Assembly (NCBI GenBank): GCA_949298295.1
Contig: CASFWS010000001.1
Span: 2,627-31,104 of the forward strand
DNA length: 28,478 nt
Direction of reading: 5' to 3'
Source: an uncultured Bacillota bacterium
GTDB taxonomy: Bacteria; Bacillota_I; Bacilli_A; RFN20; CAG-826
Under the pieces are notes generated by a model. The model searched no databases. It was not told where the DNA came from and was given only the letters and a program-made list of their open reading frames with translations. Shown piece by piece: positions 15,178 to 24,234 of this stretch (the stretch's first letter is position 1; each line of letters opens with the position of its first letter). A program made the translations under genes and the position numbers.

Positions 15178-16982
15178 AAGGGCTCTTCAAACGTGTCGAC
15201 GGGATCGCGCTCTCCCTCGTCTTCTTCTATTGCCTCATCGTCGGTTTCGTCGGGTTCTGCCTCGATCCGAACTCCACGATCGTGATGGCCTCGAATCCCA
15301 TTGCCTCCTTAGCGAGCGCCCTCGGCTTTGCCCAAATCGAGTCCCTCGGGATCCCAAGCGGCATCATGCTGGCCATGATCCTCGTCTACACCTTCCTCTT
15401 TGCCCTTGCCGTCACCGTGGAAGTGCGGCTGGCTGAGAACGCTGACGAAAGGCCCTATTCCGCGAAGTGGCTGTCGATCATGGCTGCCTCCTTTGTCGTT
15501 CTCTACGGCCTTGGCATCGGTATCGGGTCGGTTTCCCACCTCGCCTTCGAGGACGGAAGCACCCTCATCGTCGAGTCGCTGGCCTATTCCGGCGAGGCGA
15601 TGCTCATCGGCCTCGTCATTGCCATCGTCCTCTACCTCGCTCTCTTCTTCCTTGTTCTTCTCGTCTATTGCCTGCTCGCCAAAAGCAAGCCGATCGAAGA
15701 GCAAGTCGCTCCCGAGACCGAGGAAGCGAAGAAGCTCGAGGAACTCGAGGCCAAGGTCGACGAGGCTCTCGACGCCCGTAACGGCGATGTCGCCTCTTCC
15801 TTTGCCGATCACGGAACCGCCCAAGGGACGGCAACCGGCCCGCTTATGGGCAATCCCGACGATTTCTACGTTCTCGACCGGAACCGGGTCTTCCCCTCGA
15901 TTTCCCGCGTCGATTCCCGGGCTGACCTTGTCGCCGTCAAGGAGTTCAAGGACGACGAAGGACTCGATCTCCGCACATTGGCCGACGATTTCCGCGATTT
16001 CCTTGCCGGGACCGAGGGCCTCTACTACGAAAAAACGGCAGTTCGGGCTTTTATCGCCGGCCTTTCCGCTTCGCGCCTCATTATCCTCCAAGGGCTTTCC
16101 GGCACCGGTAAGAGCTCGATTGCCCGTTACTTCTCGACCTTCATCGGCGAGAAATCCTTCTTCGTGCCGGTCCAGACGACCTGGCGCGACCGGACCTCGA
16201 TCCTCGGCTACTGGAACGACTTCAGCAAGACCTACAACGAAACTGATTTCCTCGTCCGCCTCTATGAGGCCACCTACCGTTCCCAGGACATCAATGTCAT
16301 GGTCCTCGACGAAATGAACATCGCTCGGATCGAGTACTACTTTGCCGACTTCCTCTCGATCATGGAGTACCCGGTCGATGAACGCTACCTCAAGATCATG
16401 AACGTTCCTTATGACTTTGTGACCCCGGAGCATCTTCCTGACGGTACCCTCAAGATCCCGGAGACGACTTGGTTCATCGGGACGGCCAACCGCGACGACT
16501 CGACCTACACGATCACCGACAAGGTCTATGACCGCTCGATTGTCATTTCCTTCAACGAGCGCAACGAGCCCTTTGCCGTGAAGAGGACGCCCGAGCCCTA
16601 TTCGATTTCCTATTCGAAGCTCATCTCTCTTTTCGAGGCCGCCCAAGGCGACGCCGACAAGAAGATGGGCAAGGCCGACTGGGCCAAGTTCCGGAATGTC
16701 CTCAACCGGGCATACGAGGATTTCGAGCTCACCTTCGGGAACCGCGTTTACCACCAGATCGAGCTCTTCGTCCCGGTCTTCGTCGCCTGCGGCGGAACCA
16801 AGGAAGAGGCTCTCGACTTCATGTTTGCCGAGAAAATCGCCAGCAAACTCGAGGGGCGTTATGAGGATTTCGTGAAGGATGCCCTCATCTCCCTCAGGGA
16901 AGAAATCGACAAGAACTACGGGAAGAACGGCTTCCCCCTCACCCGCGAACGCCTCGCCCACTTGCTCCGGAGATTCCAATAG
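15174..16982 (+). CDS. Membrane-anchored McrB-like AAA+ (AAA_5) NTPase
   Basis: About 5 N-terminal hydrophobic helices (aa ~10-168), a helical linker, Walker A GLSGTGKS, PVQTTWRDRTSILGYWN, Walker B VMVLDEMNIARIEYYFADFLS and GTANRDDS (NxxD). ATGA overlap with sipW. Confidence 0.8.
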   Translation: MKGLFKRVDGIALSLVFFYCLIVGFVGFCLDPNSTIVMASNPIASLASALGFAQIESLGIPSGIMLAMILVYTFLFALAVTVEVRLAENADERPYSAKWLSIMAASFVVLYGLGIGIGSVSHLAFEDGSTLIVESLAYSGEAMLIGLVIAIVLYLALFFLVLLVYCLLAKSKPIEEQVAPETEEAKKLEELEAKVDEALDARNGDVASSFADHGTAQGTATGPLMGNPDDFYVLDRNRVFPSISRVDSRADLVAVKEFKDDEGLDLRTLADDFRDFLAGTEGLYYEKTAVRAFIAGLSASRLIILQGLSGTGKSSIARYFSTFIGEKSFFVPVQTTWRDRTSILGYWNDFSKTYNETDFLVRLYEATYRSQDINVMVLDEMNIARIEYYFADFLSIMEYPVDERYLKIMNVPYDFVTPEHLPDGTLKIPETTWFIGTANRDDSTYTITDKVYDRSIVISFNERNEPFAVKRTPEPYSISYSKLISLFEAAQGDADKKMGKADWAKFRNVLNRAYEDFELTFGNRVYHQIELFVPVFVACGGTKEEALDFMFAEKIASKLEGRYEDFVKDALISLREEIDKNYGKNGFPLTRERLAHLLRRFQ

Positions 16983-16991
16983 GGAGGGTCC

Positions 16992-18302
16992 ATGGAGGGC
17001 TTCGAGAGCCGGTTTGAAAAATCCCTGGCCGCCCTCATCGGGAAGCGGGCCGCTTATTCCTCCTTTGCCGAGGAAAAGCTTTCCTTTTCCTATGTCGACC
17101 CTTCGAAAGGGGAAATCGAGGAGCTTTCCTCCCTTCTTGATACCTTCATGGGAATCGCCCTCTCCCCGCATCGGAAAAGCGAGCCCCACGAGATCGTCGA
17201 GCGAAGCGAACTCGCTTCCTCTTTGACTCCCGATGAATTCCGGAAGACGTACCTCGACTCCTCCTTCTGGCGCATGAAGAAGGACGGCTCCTTCTATCCC
17301 GAGTACGTCTATGGGAGCGAATACGACGATAGCCTCCTCACCTATGAGAATAGGGCCATCTATTTCATCTATCGCCTCATCAAGGCCCGCCTCGAGGAAC
17401 TCTCGACCTCGGTGAAGGAAGAGGGGAACTCCCTCGAAAAGCTTTATCAGTCCCCCTTGGCCATTTTCCCCGATGAAGGCCCTTTGTATCTGGCCGAGAA
17501 GCGCGGCAAGAGCGTCGCGAGCTACCTCCTGAAGAAAAAAGACGACGCTTCCGGCCCCCTTCTCATCAAGGCCCTTGGGAAGGCTCGTCGCCTTCTTTCT
17601 TCCCAGTTCGCGCGGACGCTCGCGAAAGGGAACCACGAGGTCATTTTGCCTCTCCAGCCGACGAACATCCTCATCCACGACCCCCGTTACAACCGCCTCT
17701 ACCGGTACTACCTTTCCCGCCTCAGCCACGAGAGGAAAGGTTCGCGTTCCTCGCCTTATGTCTATTTGGCCTACCGTCTCCTTCAGGAGATGGGCAAGGC
17801 CGGCTACCGTTTGGCCCAGGAGCCGAACTTCAAGTACAAGGACGGGACCTTCACCATCACGGCTTTCGCCTTCAGCCTCGACGGCTTCCTTTACCACTGC
17901 AAGATCGACGAAGACGTCCTCCGCATCGAGATTCTCTACCGCGGGGCTGTCTACCGGCGGGAGGTCTACCTATACGACACCTTCATTCCGACCTCCGATA
18001 ACCGGGAGGTCCTCGCCAACCATTACGTCGTCTGCCTCCGGAACCTTTCCGGCGTCTACGACGGGATCCTCGAAGTCGATCCCTTGAGCAAGGAAGCGGT
18101 GTTCCCGCGCCTATTTGCCGCCCTTTCCCTCGTCTTACCTCTCGACGGGAAGGAACTCGGCCATTGCCCGGTCTGCGGTTCCTCTTCCCTCGTTTCCTCG
18201 GCCAAGAAGGAACTCCTTTGCCCTAAATGCGGATCGCTGGCCGCCCTTTTGGGCGGACGGGTCGACCCGGCCATTTGGATTGCCTCGATCAGGGGGAGAT
18301 AA
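16992..18302 (+). CDS. DUF2357 / McrC-like partner protein with a C-terminal Zn ribbon; no PD-(D/E)xK motif visible
   Basis: DDSLLTYENRAIYFI and NILIHDPRYNRLYRYY resemble DUF2357 motifs. It directly follows the McrB-like gene with a GGAGGG SD and ends in CPVCG-x13-CPKCG. Confidence 0.6.
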   Translation: MEGFESRFEKSLAALIGKRAAYSSFAEEKLSFSYVDPSKGEIEELSSLLDTFMGIALSPHRKSEPHEIVERSELASSLTPDEFRKTYLDSSFWRMKKDGSFYPEYVYGSEYDDSLLTYENRAIYFIYRLIKARLEELSTSVKEEGNSLEKLYQSPLAIFPDEGPLYLAEKRGKSVASYLLKKKDDASGPLLIKALGKARRLLSSQFARTLAKGNHEVILPLQPTNILIHDPRYNRLYRYYLSRLSHERKGSRSSPYVYLAYRLLQEMGKAGYRLAQEPNFKYKDGTFTITAFAFSLDGFLYHCKIDEDVLRIEILYRGAVYRREVYLYDTFIPTSDNREVLANHYVVCLRNLSGVYDGILEVDPLSKEAVFPRLFAALSLVLPLDGKELGHCPVCGSSSLVSSAKKELLCPKCGSLAALLGGRVDPAIWIASIRGR

Positions 18303-18304
18303 CT

Positions 18305-19090
18305 ATGAAGATCAAGAAGTCCCTCGAAATCGACGTCGACAAGATCGCCAACGACCTTTCTTCGAACGCCGTCTCCATCGTCGACGTCCACAAGTCCTAT
18401 GGCAGCCACGAAGTGCTTAAGGGCGAGAACATCGAAGTCCGCCGGGGCGAGATTTTCGGGCTCCTCGGCAAAAACGGGGTCGGCAAGTCGACGACCATCG
18501 ATTGTCTTATCGGGGCCAAGGATTTCGACCAAGGCGAAATCAAGATCTTCGGGCTTCCGATCGACGAATATCCCCTTGAGGTAAAAAGCCTCTACGGTTA
18601 CGTTCCTTCCGAGCCGCTGCTTTATGAGCAGATGACCGGCTACGAGTACCTCCAGTTCGTGGCTTCGGCCTATGGCCTTAGCCAGGAGGCTTTCGATAAG
18701 AACCTCGCCTTCCTCGATGGGGCCTTCCAGCTCGGGGAGGAGGCCCTCTCCCGGCCGATCAGCGGCTACTCCCACGGCATGAAGCAGAAGGAGGGACTCA
18801 TTGCTTCCCTCATCCATAACCCGAAGCTTTGGATCCTCGACGAGCCGACGGTCGGTCTTGACGTCATGGCCTACGAAACGCTCCTCGGGATGATGAAGCG
18901 TTACCGCGATAACGGAAATACCATCGTCTTGACTTCCCATAACATCGATCTCATCGCCGACGTGACCGATCGGGTGGCCATATTGAACGAAGGGAAGGTC
19001 GCGACCCTCATCGATTTCCATCGGGAACCGCAGAAGCGGAAGGACCTGAAGCTCGTCTTCTTCAAGGTCTATGGGGTATCGCTCCCATGA
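18305..19090 (+). CDS. ABC exporter ATP-binding subunit (ABC-2/CcmA-like)
   Basis: Walker A GKNGVGKS, Q-loop, signature YSHGMKQK, Walker B LWILDEPTVGLD and H-loop LTSH. Starts 2 nt after the upstream stop. Confidence 0.9.
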   Translation: MKIKKSLEIDVDKIANDLSSNAVSIVDVHKSYGSHEVLKGENIEVRRGEIFGLLGKNGVGKSTTIDCLIGAKDFDQGEIKIFGLPIDEYPLEVKSLYGYVPSEPLLYEQMTGYEYLQFVASAYGLSQEAFDKNLAFLDGAFQLGEEALSRPISGYSHGMKQKEGLIASLIHNPKLWILDEPTVGLDVMAYETLLGMMKRYRDNGNTIVLTSHNIDLIADVTDRVAILNEGKVATLIDFHREPQKRKDLKLVFFKVYGVSLP

Positions 19091-20703
19091 GCCTCCACAT
19101 CTTCATCAATGAACTGAAGGGCATCCTCCCGAAGGGGAGCCTCCTTTCGCGCGTTCTCAAGTCTCTCCTTTTCCTCCTCGTCCTCGCTTGCTTCCTCGCT
19201 CTCGAGGTCTATATCTATTTGGCCCTCGACGCCCAGCTGAAGGAGTTCTCGAGCTACGGTTCGGGCGATTTCCTCGTCCTCTTCCTCTTTCTTTATTTCT
19301 TCCTTTCGGTCCTTTCTTCTCTTCCCTTAGCCGACCGTTGCCTTTATCGCCGGCGCGACGAGGAAATCCTTTTCCCGCTTCCGGTAAGCGACGATGACGT
19401 CATCCTCGGCAAGGGACTCTATCTTTATATTCGCCTCGTCTTTTCGACCCTCTTCTTAGCTACTCCTCTCCTCATCGCTTACGGGACGACGTCGGACATG
19501 ATGCCGCAGTACTACGTCCTCGCGATCGTTTATCCCTTCGTCGTCTCCTTCGTCTCGATTGGGCTTCTTCTGGCCCTTCTCCCTCTTTATCACCGGCTCG
19601 CCCGCTTCATGAAGGGAAAGTTCCTCCTCCAGCTCGTCCTTGGGGTCGGGGTCACGGTCGCCCTCTGCTTTCTTTATCGATATGTTCTCGAACTTTTCCT
19701 CAATATCGTGCAGGGGAGCCGCCTCGACGCTCTTTTCTCGGCTTCTTTCCTAGCCGGTCTCCACGAGGCCTCGCCGTGGTTCATCCCGGTCAGCAACTAC
19801 TTTGCCCTCATGAGCGGGACTGAGAACGTCATCAGCAATCTCCTTTACCTCCTCGGAGCCATCCTTCTCATGGCTTTCCTCGGAATTTATCTCCTTAGCT
19901 ATCTCTATCGTTCGAACAAGGAACCCTCGACCGATGAAAAGAAAAAAAGAAAGGAAAAGAAAGCCTCTTTGCGGGTGCTTTCGCCCTTTCGGGCTCTCCT
20001 CAAGAAGGAGTTCATCCTCCTATTCCGGAACGGGAACTATCTCTTTTCCTTCTCTTCTCTCCTCTTCATGCAGCCTTTCCTTTGCTATGTCGTCATCTCC
20101 TCCCTTTCGCGTCTTCTATACAGCAACCTTGCCATCTTCCTCGACTTCTTCTCCGAGCTCCCCAACGGGATTTCTCTCCTTTTGCTTCTCCTTTTTGCTT
20201 CCCTTGTCTCTTCGGGGGCGGCCGATGGGATTGCCCGGGAGGAAAAAGGGCGTCTCTTCCTTAAAACCTCGCCCCTCTCGCCCATCAAGATGACCTTGGC
20301 GAAGCTTCTCCTCCCCGTTGCCGTTTCCCTCTTTTCCTTTTATCTCAGCGCGATCGTCCTCCTCGCGAGCGGCGAAATCGGCGTTCCCCTTTTCTTCGTC
20401 GCCTTCGTAAGCGGCACCTTCCTTATCGTCTCCGTTTCCAGCTACGGCCTTCTCGGGGACCTCGCCGCCCACTCCTACGGCGGGCGGGGCAAGGGGTTCC
20501 TCGGGGCCCTGCCGGCCCTTCTTTCCGTCCTCTTCCCTCTTATGGTGGCCCTCATCCATTTCTCCCTCATGTTCTTTGCCCGCCTTCCTTCCGCGGCCAT
20601 TTACGGCATCGAGATTGCCTTCAGTTTCCTTCTCCTCGTCCCCCTTCCCTTCGTTCCCCGGCGCCTTGACCGCCTTTATCTCCAAATGGAGGCTGGCATA
20701 TGA
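19087..20703 (+). CDS. ABC exporter permease (two-repeat, about 12-14 TM)
   Basis: Highly hydrophobic, with two repeats carrying LFPLPVSDDDVILGK and FLKTSPLSPIKMTLAK ABC-2 motifs and ALLKKEFILLFRN. ATGA overlap with the ATPase. Confidence 0.8.
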   Translation: MSLHIFINELKGILPKGSLLSRVLKSLLFLLVLACFLALEVYIYLALDAQLKEFSSYGSGDFLVLFLFLYFFLSVLSSLPLADRCLYRRRDEEILFPLPVSDDDVILGKGLYLYIRLVFSTLFLATPLLIAYGTTSDMMPQYYVLAIVYPFVVSFVSIGLLLALLPLYHRLARFMKGKFLLQLVLGVGVTVALCFLYRYVLELFLNIVQGSRLDALFSASFLAGLHEASPWFIPVSNYFALMSGTENVISNLLYLLGAILLMAFLGIYLLSYLYRSNKEPSTDEKKKRKEKKASLRVLSPFRALLKKEFILLFRNGNYLFSFSSLLFMQPFLCYVVISSLSRLLYSNLAIFLDFFSELPNGISLLLLLLFASLVSSGAADGIAREEKGRLFLKTSPLSPIKMTLAKLLLPVAVSLFSFYLSAIVLLASGEIGVPLFFVAFVSGTFLIVSVSSYGLLGDLAAHSYGGRGKGFLGALPALLSVLFPLMVALIHFSLMFFARLPSAAIYGIEIAFSFLLLVPLPFVPRRLDRLYLQMEAGI

Positions 20704-23096
20704 AAAAGACTCTGCCGGTCCTTCTTCTCGTCCCCTTTGCCGTCGCGATCCTCACTTTCGTTTCGATTACCCCGATCCGAAACCTCATCGCCGTCGACAT
20801 CGACGGCATTTCCTGGGATTACCTCGATAGCGAAGGCTTCAAGGTCGGGGAGTCCTACGAACTGAAGGCTTCTCCCATTTACGACGAGAAATTCACCTTG
20901 GCCGAAGGGAACGACCTCGTTTGGACAAGCAACGACGAGACCGTGGCGGCGATCGAAACTAGCGGCGAGACCTTCTACCTCGATGCCCTCCAGGAAGGAA
21001 ACTGCCGGATTACCTGCTCCAACGAAAAGGGAAGCGTCTCCCGGGCATTCCTTGCGACGGTCTATGAAGACGGGGCCATCACCATCGTCGACGCAGGGAC
21101 CCCCGCCTCGGGCGATAGCTTCGAGGAGACGCGGATCTATGGCCAGTACGACTATTCCTACGAGGGCGGCTCGCCTAGCAAAGTTGCGGCCGAGATATCC
21201 CTCTCCTTCGGGATTTATAGCGACTACGCGGGCGATAGGGCGACGCTGACGGCGATTTCAAGCAACCTCTCCTATAGCGACGGCGTCTTAACGGTCGAGG
21301 CCCCGGGGTCTTCGTATGCGACCTTCGCCCTCGAGAAGATGCCTTTCGTCACCGCGACCTATTCCTTCGAAGTCCTCGAAGGAGCGGTGAACGTCAAAGA
21401 TTACGAGGACCTCATGCAGGCGACGAACCTCTCTTCGGAAGGGGAGGCCATTTGCCTCCAGCGGAACCTCCTCTCCCTCAAGTCGACTTATCGTAGCGAC
21501 GGGAACGGGGGATACGTCGACGAATATCTGAATGCGAACACCCGCCTTTTCGGGCGTTACGACTTCTCGCGGGGGACGACTTCTTTCGACATCTATTCCT
21601 TCGATACGACCTATCCCCATGATTACCTCGACGATTACTTTGCCTTGAATCCCCCGAGCGCGGGGCAGGAAGACTACCTGAAGGTGAAGACCGGCATCCA
21701 CGTCCAGAAAGACTTCGTCGGGAACGGATTCTCCATCTCCTGCCAAGAGCTCTGTTACACCTACCATGGCGGCTATCTCGGGAACGGCCGCTGGAGCCCC
21801 TCGAGTGACGGGACGAACATAAGCGATTACTTCGAAGGCCCCCTTCCCTTCGTTTTCCTCGGGCCCTACGAACTCCAGGTCATCACCGCCTACGGGCAGG
21901 ACAACTCGGCGATGTACGTCGATGGCGATAACATCGAAATTTCCGACCTCAAGCTCATGGCCGTCGACAACGTCGACGATTTGAATCTCCTCGAGTACGT
22001 CGGCTCGACGATGGACGTCCTCGGGGAAAACGTGACCGTCTCCGACACCTACCTCCGGAACGGACGGACGGCCCTCCGGGTCTACTCCTCCCCGAACTTC
22101 CTTCTCGACAACTGCTATCTCAATAACGCCCGCGAGTTCCTTCTCAAGGTCGGGAGCAACGAGGTTAGTCGCCCCGATCCATCGACCCGGGTGAATGCCT
22201 CCTATCAAGGCATCGCGGCCCAAGGGAGCCTCGAGGAAACCTTCGCGGCCGGCGGCGGGGCCGACCAGATCCTCGATGCCGCGGTCCGGAGCGGAGCCGA
22301 CATCTCGGCGGCGATGGGGGCGATGAACGCCATCCAATCGTCCCTCGACGAGGCCCCGTCCCTCGAGCCTTGGGAGATGAGGGTCCGGGACGTCTATTTC
22401 GAGACGAGCGGCCTCTTCTCCATCGCTTTCGAAAGCGTCTTCAACGGCGGTTACCTCTATAGCGGAATTCCCTCCTTCGTCTCCGATCTCCTCGATACCT
22501 TCATGGGGGCGATGAACCTCAACTCGGTCCCGCCCGATCGAATCGGCGGGGTTTCCCGGCCGGTCGCCATGAAGATCGAGGGCGACACCCGCTTCTACGA
22601 CTACAAGGACATCTCCTCGATCGACGCGAGCTGCCTCATCTACGAGCAGATCTCAGCCATCCTTGCCGGTATCGGAAGCGGGGAAGGCGGAGACCTCACC
22701 TTCCCGATCGATTCCTATTTCCCGATCAAGAACCTGCTTCAGACCGCGGCCGAGACGGTCGGGGCCAATTACCGGACGGAGGAAGGCAACTTCGTCCTCG
22801 GGGCCATTGCTTTCTACGGCGGTGGGCTTAACCTATCGACAGTCGATGCCTCGGGGATTCAAACCTCGCCCTTCGGGGACGAGTTGAGCATCGATTACGC
22901 GACGGCTTGCCTTTCCGGCATCGGCCTTGCCGAAGGCAATGACCTCTCTGCCTACCTTGCCCGGTGCGTCCCCTTGGCAGCCGGGACCAACCCCTTCCGC
23001 TTCGTTTTGAGCGGAGACCTGCGACAAGTCGAGACGCCATACCTATTCGGGGAAGTGGCCGACATCAATGCGCTTAAGGCGCGAGGAGGAAACTGA
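20700..23096 (+). CDS. Large N-anchored/secreted surface protein with an Ig-like (Big_2-like) domain and a probable beta-helix region
   Basis: N-terminal hydrophobic segment; LVWTSNDETVAAIE...ALQEGNCRITCSN Ig-like motif; VTVSDTYLRNGRTALRV...LLDNCYLNNAREFLLKVG resembles parallel beta-helix rungs. ATGA overlap with the permease. Confidence 0.55.
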   Translation: MKKTLPVLLLVPFAVAILTFVSITPIRNLIAVDIDGISWDYLDSEGFKVGESYELKASPIYDEKFTLAEGNDLVWTSNDETVAAIETSGETFYLDALQEGNCRITCSNEKGSVSRAFLATVYEDGAITIVDAGTPASGDSFEETRIYGQYDYSYEGGSPSKVAAEISLSFGIYSDYAGDRATLTAISSNLSYSDGVLTVEAPGSSYATFALEKMPFVTATYSFEVLEGAVNVKDYEDLMQATNLSSEGEAICLQRNLLSLKSTYRSDGNGGYVDEYLNANTRLFGRYDFSRGTTSFDIYSFDTTYPHDYLDDYFALNPPSAGQEDYLKVKTGIHVQKDFVGNGFSISCQELCYTYHGGYLGNGRWSPSSDGTNISDYFEGPLPFVFLGPYELQVITAYGQDNSAMYVDGDNIEISDLKLMAVDNVDDLNLLEYVGSTMDVLGENVTVSDTYLRNGRTALRVYSSPNFLLDNCYLNNAREFLLKVGSNEVSRPDPSTRVNASYQGIAAQGSLEETFAAGGGADQILDAAVRSGADISAAMGAMNAIQSSLDEAPSLEPWEMRVRDVYFETSGLFSIAFESVFNGGYLYSGIPSFVSDLLDTFMGAMNLNSVPPDRIGGVSRPVAMKIEGDTRFYDYKDISSIDASCLIYEQISAILAGIGSGEGGDLTFPIDSYFPIKNLLQTAAETVGANYRTEEGNFVLGAIAFYGGGLNLSTVDASGIQTSPFGDELSIDYATACLSGIGLAEGNDLSAYLARCVPLAAGTNPFRFVLSGDLRQVETPYLFGEVADINALKARGGN

Positions 23097-23097
23097 G

Positions 23098-24201
23098 ATG
23101 AAAAGAAGGAATGCCCTATTGGCCCTGGCGGCTTTTGCCCTCGGGGCCTTCTCGCTTACGAGCTGCGGCTTCTTCGCCGGAAGCGGATCGTACTCGATCG
23201 AAGAGGTGACGGCGACGACGACGGGGACCGGGGACACGGTGGTAACCATCTCCTATACCGATAGCCGCCTCCCGGACACGACCTTCACCATCCCGAAGGG
23301 CGAGACCGGGGTCGGGATCGACGAGATCACGGCCAACGTCGACGAGGCGGGGAAGACGGTGACGGTTACGATCACCTATACCGACGGGAGGGAGCCGACG
23401 GTTTATAGTTATCCAATCGTCGAAGGGAACGGCATCGAAAGCGTGGTCTTCACCTATCAGGAGGGGAGCACGACCCAGGTCTACTCCTTCCACTTCGTCT
23501 ACACGAACGGGACGATCAGCGACGAGATCATCCTCCCGAAGGGCAACGGCATTGCCGAAATCGAGGCCGTGAGCAACGAAGGGGACGGCTCGACCGACAT
23601 CGTCATCACGATGGACGACGGGAGCGAGGTTTCCTTCAATATCCCCAAGGGCGAGAAGGGCGACCCCGGCGAGGACGGCTTCTCCCCGGAGATCGTCGGC
23701 ATCAGCCTCGGGGACGACGGGAACTGGTATCTCTATGTGACCCGGCCTGACGGCGGCACCGACCAGAAGCTCATCGAAGGGATGCCGACGTGGATCGTCG
23801 GGGAGGGGAATCCCAACGAGAATCCCACCTACGACGATTACGCGACCGGCTATATCTACGTCGACACCTTGACGCGGACCATCTATTACAAGACCCGGGA
23901 CAACGGCTGGGTCATTTGGGTCGACCTCGGGCAAAAGGCCACCTATACGGTCACCTTCCACGCCGGGGAGGGAATCATCGATCCGAGCGACCTCATCGGC
24001 TATACGATCGGGGAAGGGAATACTTATCTACTTTCCGTCGAGGAAGGCTCGACGATCGACCTTCCGACCCCGGAAGCCCCCTCGGGGCAATCTTTCCATG
24101 GGTGGTATACCTCGAGTGATATTTCCGACCCCAACGTCGGGAAGATGGATGATCTCACTCCGGTCACCCGGAGCCTCGACCTCTACGCGATTTACGCGTG
24201 A
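23098..24201 (+). CDS. Lipoprotein with 4-5 tandem ~40-aa beta repeats, a short collagen-like segment and a C-terminal InlB B-repeat-like domain
   Basis: Lipobox LTSC; repeats GI.EI.A......T.V.ITYTDG......IPKG; GEKGDPGEDG; DDGNWY; C-terminal YTVTFHAGEG...LPTPE...FHGWY...LDLYAIY. ATG is 1 nt after the upstream stop, with SD GAGGAGG. Confidence 0.7.
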   Translation: MKRRNALLALAAFALGAFSLTSCGFFAGSGSYSIEEVTATTTGTGDTVVTISYTDSRLPDTTFTIPKGETGVGIDEITANVDEAGKTVTVTITYTDGREPTVYSYPIVEGNGIESVVFTYQEGSTTQVYSFHFVYTNGTISDEIILPKGNGIAEIEAVSNEGDGSTDIVITMDDGSEVSFNIPKGEKGDPGEDGFSPEIVGISLGDDGNWYLYVTRPDGGTDQKLIEGMPTWIVGEGNPNENPTYDDYATGYIYVDTLTRTIYYKTRDNGWVIWVDLGQKATYTVTFHAGEGIIDPSDLIGYTIGEGNTYLLSVEEGSTIDLPTPEAPSGQSFHGWYTSSDISDPNVGKMDDLTPVTRSLDLYAIYA

Positions 24202-24219
24202 GGAGGGGCTTCTTCTTTG

Positions 24220-24234
24220 TATAATGGCTCTAGC
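24220..24234 (+). promoter_or_regulatory. Putative -10 box giving a near-leaderless mRNA for the PFK-like gene
   Basis: Perfect TATAAT at 24220-24225, 9 nt before ATG 24235, with no SD in between. Confidence 0.4.

Noticed and set aside
15309-17897. 862-aa minus-strand ORF
   Set aside because: It is an antisense shadow of the McrB-like and DUF2357 genes, produced by their C/G-ending codon bias. It has no motifs and the sense genes are clearly real.
18056-23961. Minus-strand ORFs of 321, 189, 349 and 281 aa
   Set aside because: Antisense shadows of the ABC and surface-protein genes.
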